Positions 22,080 through 32,388 of a DNA stretch of 64,000 nucleotides are shown here, piece by piece. Numbering within the stretch: position 1 is the first letter of the stretch; each line of letters opens with the position of its first letter. The stretch is from Candidatus Bathyarchaeota archaeon. GTDB lineage: Archaea > Thermoproteota > Bathyarchaeia > Bathyarchaeales > Bathycorpusculaceae. Location of the stretch: assembly GCA_963826715.1 (NCBI GenBank), contig CAWGYA010000005.1, forward strand, positions 125,239 to 189,238, written 5' to 3'. The notes beneath the pieces are model-generated. The model was given only the letters and a program-made list of their open reading frames with translations, was not told the DNA's origin and searched no databases. The translations under genes and the position numbers were made by a program.

Positions 22080-22322
22080 TTGGAGACAATATTGAAACAA
22101 ACGGTTATAGAAAATTACCGAATCAGCGTCGTCATAAATTGTGTAAAATTTGGTTTAGACGCCTTCTTAATTGTTGCCGGTGTTTACCTAAGTGTTTATG
22201 CTGAATTCATAAATATTTCTCCAGCACACGAGATTATAAAATTCTTTATTTTAGGTATTTTTTGTATAGCCACTGGGTTAACTTCTATCGCTACCTTGAT
22301 CTATAGGAACTACCGCAAATGA
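22080..22322 (+). CDS. small membrane protein
   Basis: Two hydrophobic helices. Confidence 0.5.
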   Translation: METILKQTVIENYRISVVINCVKFGLDAFLIVAGVYLSVYAEFINISPAHEIIKFFILGIFCIATGLTSIATLIYRNYRK

Positions 22323-22341
22323 TATGGTTAAATTTTGTATT

Positions 22342-23448
22342 TCAAGATCCATGCAAAATCCATTTCTTTTTTCTAAAATAAAATAACATTCCAATTGTGA
22401 TTATAACCATGGAAAGTAAAACAAGTGGATATCCCCAGATAGAATTGAGCTCAGGCATGTAAGCAAAGTTCATCCCATAAATTCCAGCAATTAATGTCAG
22501 CGGTATGAAAATAGTTGCGATTATAGTAAGTACTTTCATTACCTCATTCATTCTGTTGCTGACACTGGAAAGATAAATGTCTAACATTCCCGCGAGGGTA
22601 TCACGAAAAGTTTCCACCGAATCGATTACTTGAATTGTATGGTCATATACATCTCTCAGATAGATGTCGGTGGTTTCTTTTATTAGCCCAGATTCACATC
22701 TTTCTAAATTATTAACGAGCTCTCTTAAAGGCCAAACAGATTTCCTTAGCGCAATACTTTGCCTTTTTAAGTTGTGAATAGTCTGCACCGTTGCAGGTTG
22801 TGGATTTGCAATTAATTGGTCCTCTATGTCTTCAATTTTAGCTCCCATTTTCTCGAGAACAGTAAAATAGTTATCCACGACAGCATCAATTAAAGTATAA
22901 ACTAAATAGTCCGCGCCCATCTTTCTGATTTTTCCCTTATCGTTTCTTAGTCTGTCTCTAATGGGGTTAAAAACATCGCCTTCATTTTCCTGAAACGATA
23001 TAACTAAGTTTGAACCCAAAACTACGCTGAGTTGTTCAGATGTTATTTCATTTTCCTTTTGGTCATATTGCAGCATCCTCAATACGATGTAAATATAATT
23101 CTCAAAGTCTTCGATTTTTGGACGTTGCTCAGTATTAGCAATATCTTCTAGAGTGAGAGGGTGAAGATTGTAATGTTTTCCGATTTTTTCAATATTTTCA
23201 ACTTTCTGTAGACCGTCAATATTTATCCAAGTAATTCCCGGTTTACTGCTAAAGTTAAATGCCTCTTCAATTTTTTTTGCTTCTTTTTCTTCAAAAGATG
23301 ATTCGGTATAATTAGTTATTCTGATCCGTGTTTTTTCGTTTTTCTGTTTGCCAACATAGACAATGGTCCCCGGGGGGAGTCCAGCTTTCTTTGCGCTACC
23401 TTTATGCAAATGAAGATTCATAAATTCATTAATCAAGGTAAGAATCAT
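22342..23448 (-). CDS. corA: magnesium/cobalt transporter CorA (start may be slightly downstream)
   Basis: GLPPGT, HPLTLEDI, QRPK, YGMNF signature, MPEL. Confidence 0.95.
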   Translation of the reverse strand: MILTLINEFMNLHLHKGSAKKAGLPPGTIVYVGKQKNEKTRIRITNYTESSFEEKEAKKIEEAFNFSSKPGITWINIDGLQKVENIEKIGKHYNLHPLTLEDIANTEQRPKIEDFENYIYIVLRMLQYDQKENEITSEQLSVVLGSNLVISFQENEGDVFNPIRDRLRNDKGKIRKMGADYLVYTLIDAVVDNYFTVLEKMGAKIEDIEDQLIANPQPATVQTIHNLKRQSIALRKSVWPLRELVNNLERCESGLIKETTDIYLRDVYDHTIQVIDSVETFRDTLAGMLDIYLSSVSNRMNEVMKVLTIIATIFIPLTLIAGIYGMNFAYMPELNSIWGYPLVLLSMVIITIGMLFYFRKKKWILHGS

Positions 23449-24024
23449 ATAAGTTTTTTATAAAGACTGATTCTTCCTAACTTCTTGTTTTATTTAACTA
23501 TTAAGAATGAACGAATCGAAATTTGCTTTGAAAGCAAATCTGAATAGAAACAAAACGAAGTTTTCAGAAAACGCAAATTGTAGCTCCAAAGCTGGAGATG
23601 TATGACAAAGAACTGGTGGATGGGCTTTTGAGTTGAAGTACGATTCCTGACCCCGGTTAGACTTCACGGGAGTGGCTTGCATACATATTATCGATCCTCC
23701 AGTAGCTGACTGGCTTATAAAAACGAGCTTCGTCCTCCAATAGGGGTTGGATTCGAACCCTCTGTGAATGGAGAAATCACCCGAAGACTTAACTTATTAA
23801 TTAGTTTTTTGAATAATATGATATACGCATTATAAAATGAGACGCTTTGCAATAAATATCTTCTGTAAAAATTTTGATTAGTGAATAGGCTTACTTTCAG
23901 CGGTGCATCTTAGGAATGAAAGAAAAGATTGGAATCCAGGAACTCAAAATTTCTACCTCTGCGCGCGCGGTAAAAAGGGTTAAATGATAACAAAAGAATT
24001 AGTAGAATAGATAAAGAGGAGATT

Positions 24025-24489
24025 TTGATGGCATTAGAAGAGAATAAAGCAATTATTCTTAGATTACTTGAGGCTGTTAACAAACAAGACTTATCGCTAT
24101 TGGATGATTTACTAGCGCCTAATTATGGGAACAAGACAATAGGGTTGAAAGGTCGAGAAGATCTCAAAAAATTATTGCGTGTGCAATATGAAGGTTTTCC
24201 AGATATTCATCGAACTATTGAGGATATCATCGCAGAAGGAGATCAAGTATGGGTTCATGTAAAAATCACAGGAACACATACCGGAAATTATCGGGGTTTA
24301 GCTCCTACTGGCAAAAAGATTGTTATAGCAGCTGTTCCCACTTATCGTGTTATTGATGGCAAGATTGTAGAGGGATGGTCAGTTTGGGATGCTTTAGATA
24401 TGTTCAAAGTACTGGGTGTTATTGAGTACAAAGGATTTCCAGATGATTCGCAAGAAAACTTGGCGAGTAATTTATCATCGGAGAAGTAA
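24025..24489 (+). CDS. SnoaL-like ester cyclase family protein
   Basis: EENKAII, FPDIHRTIEDIIAEGDQV, GTHTG...APTGK. Confidence 0.88.
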   Translation: MMALEENKAIILRLLEAVNKQDLSLLDDLLAPNYGNKTIGLKGREDLKKLLRVQYEGFPDIHRTIEDIIAEGDQVWVHVKITGTHTGNYRGLAPTGKKIVIAAVPTYRVIDGKIVEGWSVWDALDMFKVLGVIEYKGFPDDSQENLASNLSSEK

Positions 24490-24688
24490 CTTTTCTTTTA
24501 AGAGATTACCAACAATTCTTTCCCTTTTATTTTATTCTGGAGCCTTTTCTTGTATATCGAATTTTACTTGAGTTGTTGGTTACCCATTAAGCAGATCCAT
24601 GGTTCTTTGACGCCTTTGATTACGCACGCTAATTTATTAGGAAAACTGTGTGCGGACTTTATAAGTGAGAGTAAGCAGAGAAAATAAA

Positions 24689-25111
24689 TTAATGCTTTGC
24701 TGGCTTGCCAAACTCTGGTAATGCGCCGATTTGTTGCATCCAGCTCAAACGGTCGGGAGAATTCCACCACTCAGCAATCTTACCATTGATAATCTTCGCA
24801 AATCCGATAATAGGCACGATTATTCGCTTATCAGTCGCTGGTACGCCCATAAACTCTGCTGTGTGAACCGTTCGGACAACACCTCGAAAAGCGACCCTGT
24901 CCCCCTCTGCAATCAAATCTTCAATTATTGTTTCGGTATCTGAAAAACTGGCGTAATAATTTGTTTGGTACCGTTCAAAAGCCTATAGATCAAGAGTTGA
25001 TGTTCCATCGATATGAGCCATAAAATCCTTCGTGCACATCTCAACAGGTGTTCTTCTATCACGGTTGGCTTTCTCAAAAAAATTTCTTACGAGAATCTTG
25101 TTTTCTTCCAT
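24689..25111 (-). pseudogene. second SnoaL-like ester cyclase, interrupted by one in-frame TAG
   Basis: MEENKILVRNFF... is in frame with IEDLIAEGDRV...GVPATDK; TAG at 24983-24985 (codon 43). Confidence 0.75.
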
Positions 25112-25778
25112 CAAAGCATAACCATCCTCTAATGTTATAAACTGATATATCACCAACGCTTTTATTAAAATATCAAGTTTGCTCGCTTTCTATTGTGCGC
25201 GCACTTTTAATAATATGTGATAACTCAAGTAAAAACTTGAGAGATCACCTGCAACCCCTTTTTTTATTGTTTGTTAATGTCAATAATTTGCATATTTTAA
25301 GTGTGCCTGGCGCATTCGTTAGGAAAAAGTTCTAAACACCATTACTTGAAGGTTATCTGTGTCTTGTTTTGAGATTACCGTCGGGTTGGCAGTGTCCTGA
25401 CATTAAATTCAGAGAAAAGGACTATTTAACCTGATTAGTTATTTTTTGGTGGCCTCTCCATTTGAAACGGGTAAAAATGTATCAATTCTCTTGGTGTTTT
25501 GATTTTTCTTTTTAACCTCTTTGGTTCTATAATCAAAGTTTGTTTTGATTTTTAAGTCGTTTACTTTTGCTTTTTTTGATGTCATTTCTTTTTTACCTCT
25601 AAAGATTTTTTGTTTCGAAGAATTTGATTTCTATCGGGCACGAAAACATTGTTTCCATTAATACCTCATCGGAGGGTAGTGTTTAAGCAATTCTGGTTTC
25701 ATATTCCTTGAGACTTCTGCTCAAGTAACAGTGACTTAACAGAATCACCCAAAAGATTCTGTTACCTACGACTCATTG

Positions 25779-25937
25779 TTACAACTCTTCTGCTGGAACA
25801 ATGAACGTGGGGTATTCTGTTTTTCCATCTTTGTTATTGTGGCCACTAGTGCATTTCATGCCGTATTTTGTTTTATCTTTGCTTTCCCATATTTTCTCAG
25901 TATTTTTTCCACAAATTTCACACTTAAAATCCTTCAC
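25779..25937 (-). CDS. small Zn-finger-like protein (52 aa), absent from the ORF track
   Basis: GGGGA then GTG; MKDFKCEICGK...MKCTSGH... Confidence 0.5.
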   Translation of the reverse strand: MKDFKCEICGKNTEKIWESKDKTKYGMKCTSGHNNKDGKTEYPTFIVPAEEL

Positions 25938-26361
25938 GATAAGTCCCCGCTATTTTAATAGGTTTTATGACAGATTCGCCTTTTTTGAAAGAGAATTAAC
26001 TAATCTTCCAGTTTAACAGATGCATCTTTAGTTAATATAGCTATTTTCTGGCTCGTCACTTAATCTAATTTTTCGCAAAGAGTTTTAGAAAAAATGAAGA
26101 AAAGTTGCAATTTAAGGGGGATAATCTAAAATCGAAGTTACTTCTAGACTCTTAGAATTGTTGAAGCCCGAAGGTTTGGGCTTTTCTTTAATCGGAGATA
26201 GTGAAAGAATTAAGCGTAAAGGCTGCCTGTACTGAGAGTACAGTTTACTATGATTTTGAGACTTGTGGCAAGTTGGCCGCTGGTAATTGTTTTGAGCCCG
26301 CTGGATTTGAACCCTATGACGAGTGGAGATGTCTCCCGCGTTCCCCTTTTTTTCGTGAACT

Positions 26362-27429
26362 TTAGCTTGCGGGAACTCTTAGAGTGCGTGAATGGGCTAT
26401 TCTATTTCTTATGAAAAACCAAACAAACGCGACAACCACAACGATAACTGCAATTATGATAATAAGATAGTCAGGAGGAAAAACAGCAATTTCTTGCCAG
26501 CGATATACTCCATCAGCTCCTACAATCCACCCGTCACTTGAGCTAACCATATCCACACATGATAACCATGCATTAGTTGGACTGGTTACATCTCTCCAAC
26601 TGTTTCCGTCCCAATGGATTATGCAACCGTCTGAGCCTACTGCCCATCCGTTGATCGAGTTTACCATGTTAACCGAAAACAAGTGTTTGTCGACTGGAAT
26701 TGGACTTGTTACATTATTCCACTCTGTCCCATCCCATCTTAGTATTATTCCACTGTCGCCAACTATCCACCCATCAGTCGAACTTATCATATCAATCGAC
26801 CATAATGTTCGGGTTCTAACGATCTTAGGGCTTTCAACGATGTTCCAGTCAGTTCCATTCCAATGAAATATACCTGAATTATATTTGTTGGAGCCTACCG
26901 CCCAAGCGTCTGTTGCACTAATAACACTTATTGATTCTAAGGGGGTGTTAGTTGGGTTTTCTATCTGAGTCCAGTTTATTCCATTCCATCTAATTGTTAA
27001 TCCCCCATACCCCACTGCCCACCCATCAGTCGAACTTATCATATCTATTGACTTGAGATAACTTTGGGGGGTTGTTACGTTCTTCCAGCTTGCTCCATCC
27101 CATCGGATTACGGATTCATTAATTGGAACCGCTTCAACGAAGGCTACTGAGTAAACTTCATTTGAGTTGATCACGTTCACTGCTCTTAGGTTGGCGGTAG
27201 TTGGACTGCCAATGTTGTTCCATCGTATTCCATCCCAATGGACTACTGTTCCTTTGGATCCTACTGCCCACCCATCAGTCGAGCTGACCATGTCGACAGA
27301 CTGTAAATTGACGTTGTCTGCCATTTTAGTCCAGCTCCAGCTTTCAGCTTTCACAGTCACCATAGACGTTGTCATAAGGCTCATTGAAACTAAAAAGAAT
27401 AGAAGTTTTAGGAGCGCATCTTTTTTCAT
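26362..27429 (-). CDS. secreted beta-propeller repeat protein with C-terminal TM anchor
   Basis: About 7 repeats of L.SVDMVSSTDGWAVG..G.I.HWDG..W; signal peptide from MKKDALL. Confidence 0.85.
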   Translation of the reverse strand: MKKDALLKLLFFLVSMSLMTTSMVTVKAESWSWTKMADNVNLQSVDMVSSTDGWAVGSKGTVVHWDGIRWNNIGSPTTANLRAVNVINSNEVYSVAFVEAVPINESVIRWDGASWKNVTTPQSYLKSIDMISSTDGWAVGYGGLTIRWNGINWTQIENPTNTPLESISVISATDAWAVGSNKYNSGIFHWNGTDWNIVESPKIVRTRTLWSIDMISSTDGWIVGDSGIILRWDGTEWNNVTSPIPVDKHLFSVNMVNSINGWAVGSDGCIIHWDGNSWRDVTSPTNAWLSCVDMVSSSDGWIVGADGVYRWQEIAVFPPDYLIIIIAVIVVVVAFVWFFIRNRIAHSRTLRVPAS

Positions 27430-28061
27430 ATTGACTTCATATCTATTGCGGATATAATAAACTATAGATAAAGAACAATTTGGCAAAATTTCTCAAATTT
27501 GAATGATTCAATTCAAAATATTTATGGTGAAAGGTGGACTTGAACACCAATTTCTCCACCAAATTGTTCAGCAAACACATAATTATAAAAAGTCAATCAA
27601 AATGGACTCCATGGAGCATGGTGGAAAGGCATATTACCACTTTCGGGTTTAAAGAAGTGGCTTGCATAGGGATTAAAAGCTTCTTTCACTGGGTAAAAAC
27701 ATACTTCAATCAGCGGTAAATCAATAAAACCAGTAGCTCTTTATTTAACAGAGAGTAGCCGTGTCGTCACGCCATTTATTTGCGTAGCGAAGAAGAATTT
27801 ATCTCTAACTGCTCCGAGTTTGGGTGGTTTTATGCGGGTCTGTTGTACAGTTCTTAAAGTGTAAAAATTAAGGTCAAAATATGGTTTTCTGAATAAAGGT
27901 TTACGTATCGAATTGTTTTTGCGTTCGACAAGTGGGGTTTTGGTATGCTTTTGGTATGTACGAGGGTTTAATTGGTGGTTTACGTACATTGATGATATAA
28001 GAAATGTGTCTAAAAGAGACACATTGTACAAGAGTACAACACAACAGCGGAGAATTTCAAC

Positions 28062-28220
28062 ATGAAAAATAAACGTAACGTTATTAGTAATTCTTCTGGC
28101 AAAAAAAACATGCCTAAACAACGGATCGAAAAAAAAGAGCTCGTTTTTAAACGATTAGTAACCGATGCAGGGTACTCCAAAAAAGTTGCAGACGGCATCT
28201 TGAAGTTGTATGATAATTAA
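28062..28220 (+). CDS. small basic hypothetical protein (52 aa)
   Basis: ATG ORF after GGAG, ending ...DAGYSKKVADGILKLYDN; 9-bp inverted repeat upstream at 28003-28025. Confidence 0.4.
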   Translation: MKNKRNVISNSSGKKNMPKQRIEKKELVFKRLVTDAGYSKKVADGILKLYDN

Positions 28221-28467
28221 AAGGTGAAAGGTACAAAGTTTAGTAACCCTAATTCTAACTGATTGGTGTGGTATCCTTAATCAAATAGATTGAAGATACA
28301 ATAAAAACGATGAGGAAGGTTTCATGATTTGGTTGGACTTCCACCCTTGTACTTTTTCCTCAGGTAACCTTTGTAAAGAACCCGATGCGCAACCGTTTTT
28401 AACTATGGCATTCTTGGCTACTATGAGAATCACACTTTAGCACCATCATTAATCTCTTAATGTCTTT

Positions 28468-28860
28468 TTACTGTTGATTCAACGTCTTTTGACTCAGGAA
28501 TAGAGGGGTGGGTACATCCTTCTGTGGGAAAAGGTTGAATTGAAAGAAGATCCAAGTTTGCTCTTGTTTTTCGTTATTTCTTACCATTTTTATGATGAAG
28601 AATAGATTTATTGCTGTAGAAGCAAAAAAGAGAATGAGAGGAAAGTTTATCATTTCCCCAAGTGCTCCCACTGCAACCCAGTTGCCATTGACAAAAGACC
28701 CTGCAAGATTGTACTGAATCAAAAAAGGATTCCAATGAATGTAGTATAAGCTATCAGGATAGCTATTGAATTCATTTCCTATGCTATAATCTGCATAAAC
28801 AAAGAGTAAGATTAGAATGATATTTATCAATAAAATAGTTCTAAGCTTTTTTGTTGACAT
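28468..28860 (-). CDS. membrane protein
   Basis: Two hydrophobic segments. Confidence 0.6.
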   Translation of the reverse strand: MSTKKLRTILLINIILILLFVYADYSIGNEFNSYPDSLYYIHWNPFLIQYNLAGSFVNGNWVAVGALGEMINFPLILFFASTAINLFFIIKMVRNNEKQEQTWIFFQFNLFPQKDVPTPLFLSQKTLNQQ

Positions 28861-28916
28861 CTTTTAACAGATTTGTCTAATTCAAACTTGCTTTAAGAAA
28901 TTTGCGATATTAGAGG

Positions 28917-29402
28917 GTGGGTACACCTCATCGTTGGAAAAGGTCAAAGCATAGGTTAATAGCCTTGAAACAAAAGATGGTTGACGAATCAAGAATGAAA
29001 AGAAGCACTCTGATGAAAATATCTGGGATTCTGCTTATTGCTGCTTCTATGACTTCGCTTATCTTAGGAATATTACTGCTGAATTCCTATAGGTCATCTT
29101 TAGCAACATTATATTATATCTATTATAGTGCCTTAACTGGTGGCATTTTAAATCTTGTTGCCTTTCCATTTGAATTATTGTCAGGAGCATTATTGCTGAG
29201 ACAAAAATCTGTTAGGTTAACAGTAATCTTGAATGTTGCCATAATAGTTATTGGGCTTGCCTCTCCAATAATACTTCATTTTGAAGGGTATTTTTGGGAG
29301 ACTGGTTTATTGTTTGGTTCACCGATGATTATTTTCTCTATTGCAGCTTTGACTTTTGAAGTTATAGCCCAAAAAACCGATAACAGCCAAATCAAAAGAT
29401 AA
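28917..29402 (+). CDS. four-TM membrane protein (start probably downstream, at MKRSTL)
   Basis: Four hydrophobic helices. Confidence 0.65.
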   Translation: MGTPHRWKRSKHRLIALKQKMVDESRMKRSTLMKISGILLIAASMTSLILGILLLNSYRSSLATLYYIYYSALTGGILNLVAFPFELLSGALLLRQKSVRLTVILNVAIIVIGLASPIILHFEGYFWETGLLFGSPMIIFSIAALTFEVIAQKTDNSQIKR

Positions 29403-29576
29403 TACACTCAAAATGTAAAAATGAATAAACGCTTGGAGAAGGAGTTTGGGGAGTGTGTTGTGGAAAAGCATGGTTGGCATTGGGTGCTAACAAAAGATGA
29501 GTTCGAGTCTTGGATCAAAATAGATGATCCCAAAACTTAAATTGAGTTTTACCGCCATAATTATTGAGGGAAAAAA

Positions 29577-29891
29577 TTGGTTGTTTGTCCAAAGTGCGGT
29601 AGCAACCTTCAAGCACGAAAGCTACTTGGGCTCACTAACCAAAATGCAATCAGATGCCACGTTTGTTCTTCAAAGCTTCGGGTAAAAAACAAGGCTACTA
29701 GTAGTGCTATAGGTGGAACTTTAGGTGGACTAGGTGCTGGTCTAGGAACCTTGCTGTTCATGCTGTATTTTTGGACGGGTAATATCGTTTACTTTGGGTT
29801 AAATTTACTGTGGTTTGTTGGCGTTTTTGTATTTGCTTGGCTGTTAGTTATGAAATTTGTTAAGGTTAAATTAGATGAAAGCTCAAAATAG
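29577..29891 (+). CDS. Zn-ribbon plus two-TM protein
   Basis: CPKC...CHVC followed by TM helices. Confidence 0.7.
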   Translation: MVVCPKCGSNLQARKLLGLTNQNAIRCHVCSSKLRVKNKATSSAIGGTLGGLGAGLGTLLFMLYFWTGNIVYFGLNLLWFVGVFVFAWLLVMKFVKVKLDESSK

Positions 29892-29894
29892 TAG

Positions 29895-30270
29895 TTGTAT
29901 CGTTTGTTTCTTCATCCCAACCTCTTAACCACTGAAAGTATTTTCTGATAGCGCCTTTGTAATCATGCTTGGTATTATCGGCGTAATTTGATATATTGAT
30001 TTGGCTAATAATTTTCTCCATGCCTTCCTGTCAAAGTTACCTAAAGGCTTGCCTGGCGGTATTTAGTACAAATCCTGCAACAACAATCAGCTGATTCATA
30101 TATTTCACAACCCGTAATGGGGTCATGTTCTTAGCCAAAAGGTGGTCGACAAGCTCATGTGTCTTTGTTTTGTCCTCTTCGGGTATTTCGGTTGATGTTT
30201 GCAGCCGTATAAGGGCTGTTTGAAGGATTTTCTCTACTCTATGTATGTCGATTTTTTTGGGTTCGTGTTG
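29895..30270 (-). pseudogene. truncated N-terminal part of an archaeal tyrosine integrase
   Basis: KIDIHRVEKILQ...IPEEDK...RVVKYMNQL, then stops/frameshift, then MEKIISQINISNYADNTKHDYKGAIRKYFQWLRG; next to the att site; no catalytic domain; ends approximate. Confidence 0.6.
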
Positions 30271-30319
30271 TTTGTACCTTAAGAGAAATAGAGATTGGTT
30301 TGGAAACTAGAATAGAATT

Positions 30320-30350
30320 ATGGAGCTGGGGATGGGAATTGAACCCATAT
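30320..30350 (-). repeat. left attachment site: duplicated tRNA 3' end (T-arm, acceptor strand, CCA)
   Basis: Minus strand ATATGGGTTCAATTCCCATCCCCAGCTCCA; 30320-30338 is identical to 63982-64000. Confidence 0.9.
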
Positions 30351-30471
30351 CCGTTGTCGATATCGCCAATTATGCTTATCCTAAGCAGCTTCTCTCCCTT
30401 TTTAACGATATAGGTTTCTTATCAAGACTGATTGTTTCAGGGAAAATTGGGTCGATAGGAGGTTCTTAAAT

Positions 30472-30726
30472 TTGGAGTTGGTTGACCAGCAGGAGTTTTA
30501 CCTTAAGGGTATTTATCCTGTCGACGTTCTTTCTGAGGTGAAAGATGGTTTAGTTGAGGTTCGGGCGAAAACTACTTTTCTGCATACCAGCGCATATTCA
30601 GAGGGAAAGCGCCAGGTTCGAGTCGGCGTAACTGAAAAGCGTTGGGTCAGGCGAGGGGAGGTTTTGAAGGTACCCTTTCGTCATGTTTGGTCGCATCGAC
30701 GTCGTGTAGCTTCTGGGCATGCTTGA
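30472..30726 (+). CDS. viral hypothetical protein
   Basis: GGAGG upstream of a TTG start. Confidence 0.6.
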   Translation: MELVDQQEFYLKGIYPVDVLSEVKDGLVEVRAKTTFLHTSAYSEGKRQVRVGVTEKRWVRRGEVLKVPFRHVWSHRRRVASGHA

Positions 30727-30746
30727 CTATATGTTAACTGTTATAT
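30723..30746 (+). promoter_or_regulatory. viral promoter-like motif, copy 1
   Basis: TTGACTATATGTTAA-ctg-TTATAT; repeated at 36824 and 44669. Confidence 0.65.
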
Positions 30747-30781
30747 TGGCAACTCTAAAGAAGGGATTGTTTGATGCTGCA

Positions 30782-31057
30782 ATGCTCAAACTGAACTATG
30801 AGGTTCTCGCTTCAAAGATTCATCTCAGTATGCAAGGCCATAGGGACAATAAGGGCAAGTTTGATTGGGCAAGTGCTGTTCTCGACGCTGGCATTATCAG
30901 CGGTATCACTTTTTGTACGGGGTTAGGTACTTTGGCGTCTAGTAGTGCCATTTCTTCTACGAGCTTTTGTGTGCTTCTCAGTGCAGTTGGGGCTGAGTTT
31001 CTGGGGATCTTAGCGACTAAAAGAGGACTCATACAAAAACCCGTTGGGGGCTGTTAA
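30782..31057 (+). CDS. small two-TM viral membrane protein
   Basis: Two hydrophobic segments; ATG 45 nt after the end of the motif core. Confidence 0.6.
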   Translation: MLKLNYEVLASKIHLSMQGHRDNKGKFDWASAVLDAGIISGITFCTGLGTLASSSAISSTSFCVLLSAVGAEFLGILATKRGLIQKPVGGC

Positions 31058-31060
31058 GAA

Positions 31061-31627
31061 TTGGAAGCTAAGACGGCTTTGCGTGTACCTGACTTCATGA
31101 AGCCTATTCTTGAAGACATTAGGCTTTTGCAATCAGACGGAAACAACCCAAACCGGATGACAAACAAGCAAAAAGAGGAACTATGGAAAAGCCTAAAAGA
31201 GTTCGGCTGGACTGACCCCATCCTAACAAACCAAGAGGGCGTTTTCACTGATGGGGAACAACGGGTTAGCGTCTGCATTGCCCATGGAGAATTTTATGCG
31301 CCAGTATATCGTATGAATGACCTCTCTGAGGTACAGCGACGCCGACTCAGATTGATCGCCAACGAATTGAAGGGCAAGCACAACAAAGAACTAGAAGAAG
31401 AGGAATGGCAGCGCATTATCGAGTTAGGACAACGCGAAGAGCTACAATGTTTTTTGGATTCGATTGGGGAAAAGCTGCCTGAAACATTAAGGGATGAACA
31501 CGAAAAAGTTTCCATTATCCCTGAAACTTACGAGTTAATTGTGGAATGCAAAGATGAAGCCGACCAGAAAACCAAGTTAGAGGAGCTACAGGCTAAAAGT
31601 TGGAAGGTTCGAGTTCTAAATCTTTAG
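31061..31627 (+). CDS. ParB/Srx N-terminal domain protein
   Basis: NNPNRM...SLKEFGWTDPIL...DGEQR. Confidence 0.85.
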   Translation: MEAKTALRVPDFMKPILEDIRLLQSDGNNPNRMTNKQKEELWKSLKEFGWTDPILTNQEGVFTDGEQRVSVCIAHGEFYAPVYRMNDLSEVQRRRLRLIANELKGKHNKELEEEEWQRIIELGQREELQCFLDSIGEKLPETLRDEHEKVSIIPETYELIVECKDEADQKTKLEELQAKSWKVRVLNL

Positions 31628-31638
31628 GAGGCTTCAAA

Positions 31639-32388
31639 GTGGATTTTGATTTAACTCACCGGTGGCAAGCTGGCAATTCATTCCGTGAAGAAGCCGTTAA
31701 AGGCACCTATGACCTCAGGGACGTCAAGTTGGAGAAGCATATCTGCGGAAGCCTTCCAATTGAGGGCTTGAATTGGCAGATCGGCGTTATAGTCGGGTCC
31801 AGCGGCAGCGGAAAAACCAGCATAGCCCGCCATCAGTGGCCTGAGGCTTACTTTGCAGATTTAGGGGAGCGCTATAAGCAACCTTGTTTTCTCAACGATT
31901 TCCCATCTGAACTAAGCATCAAAGACATCGAAACTGCCCTGTGTAGCAGCGGATTTAGCGAGCCGCCGTCTTGGCTAAAAAGCTATTCGGTGTTAAGTCA
32001 GGGTCAGAAGATGCGTGTGGATGTTGCCCATGCGCTTTGTCTTCCCCAAAACTTAGTTGTTTTCGATGAGTTCACAAGCACCGTGGATCGCACTGTAGCT
32101 CAAATCGGCAGCTATGCGATTAGCCGTGCCGTTCGAAAGCATCCTGGTAAACAGTTTATCGCCGTAACCTGCCATTTCGACGTGCTGGATTGGCTTGAGC
32201 CTGACTGGGTCTATGATGTAGACGCTAACGTTTTTTGGGATTACACAGGCACATTGCCGGACCAAAAGACAGCTTTAGGAACCCAAGTTAGGATTGTAAA
32301 AAAAAACGACGTCACCCGCCAATCAACTTATCAGTGCATAGGTGCAACCTTGCCCTGTGGCAGGTGTTTAGGGAACATCACTATCTAA
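31639..32388 (+). CDS. soluble ABC-type ATPase (N-terminal half of a probable ATPase-GNAT fusion)
   Basis: GSSGSGKT, LSQGQ, VVFDEFTS, VTCH; GGAGG SD then GTG at 31639. Confidence 0.88.
   Translation: MDFDLTHRWQAGNSFREEAVKGTYDLRDVKLEKHICGSLPIEGLNWQIGVIVGSSGSGKTSIARHQWPEAYFADLGERYKQPCFLNDFPSELSIKDIETALCSSGFSEPPSWLKSYSVLSQGQKMRVDVAHALCLPQNLVVFDEFTSTVDRTVAQIGSYAISRAVRKHPGKQFIAVTCHFDVLDWLEPDWVYDVDANVFWDYTGTLPDQKTALGTQVRIVKKNDVTRQSTYQCIGATLPCGRCLGNITI

Noticed and set aside
26400-27300. DNA repeats such as CCACCCATCAGTCGA
   Set aside because: Explained by the protein's internal propeller repeats.
27741-28198. Minus-strand ORFs of 126 and 62 aa
   Set aside because: No motifs or SD; the region looks like decayed mobile-element DNA.
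29421-29540. Short ORF MNKRLEKEFGECVVEKHGWHW
   Set aside because: Looks like a gene fragment, too short to assign without a search.
30320-30350. Functional tRNA gene at the left boundary
   Set aside because: Only the T-arm and 3' acceptor strand are present; no matching 5' half follows.
31639-32388. ABC transporter
   Set aside because: No permease or binding protein nearby; the ParB/GNAT/terminase context indicates a soluble ATPase.
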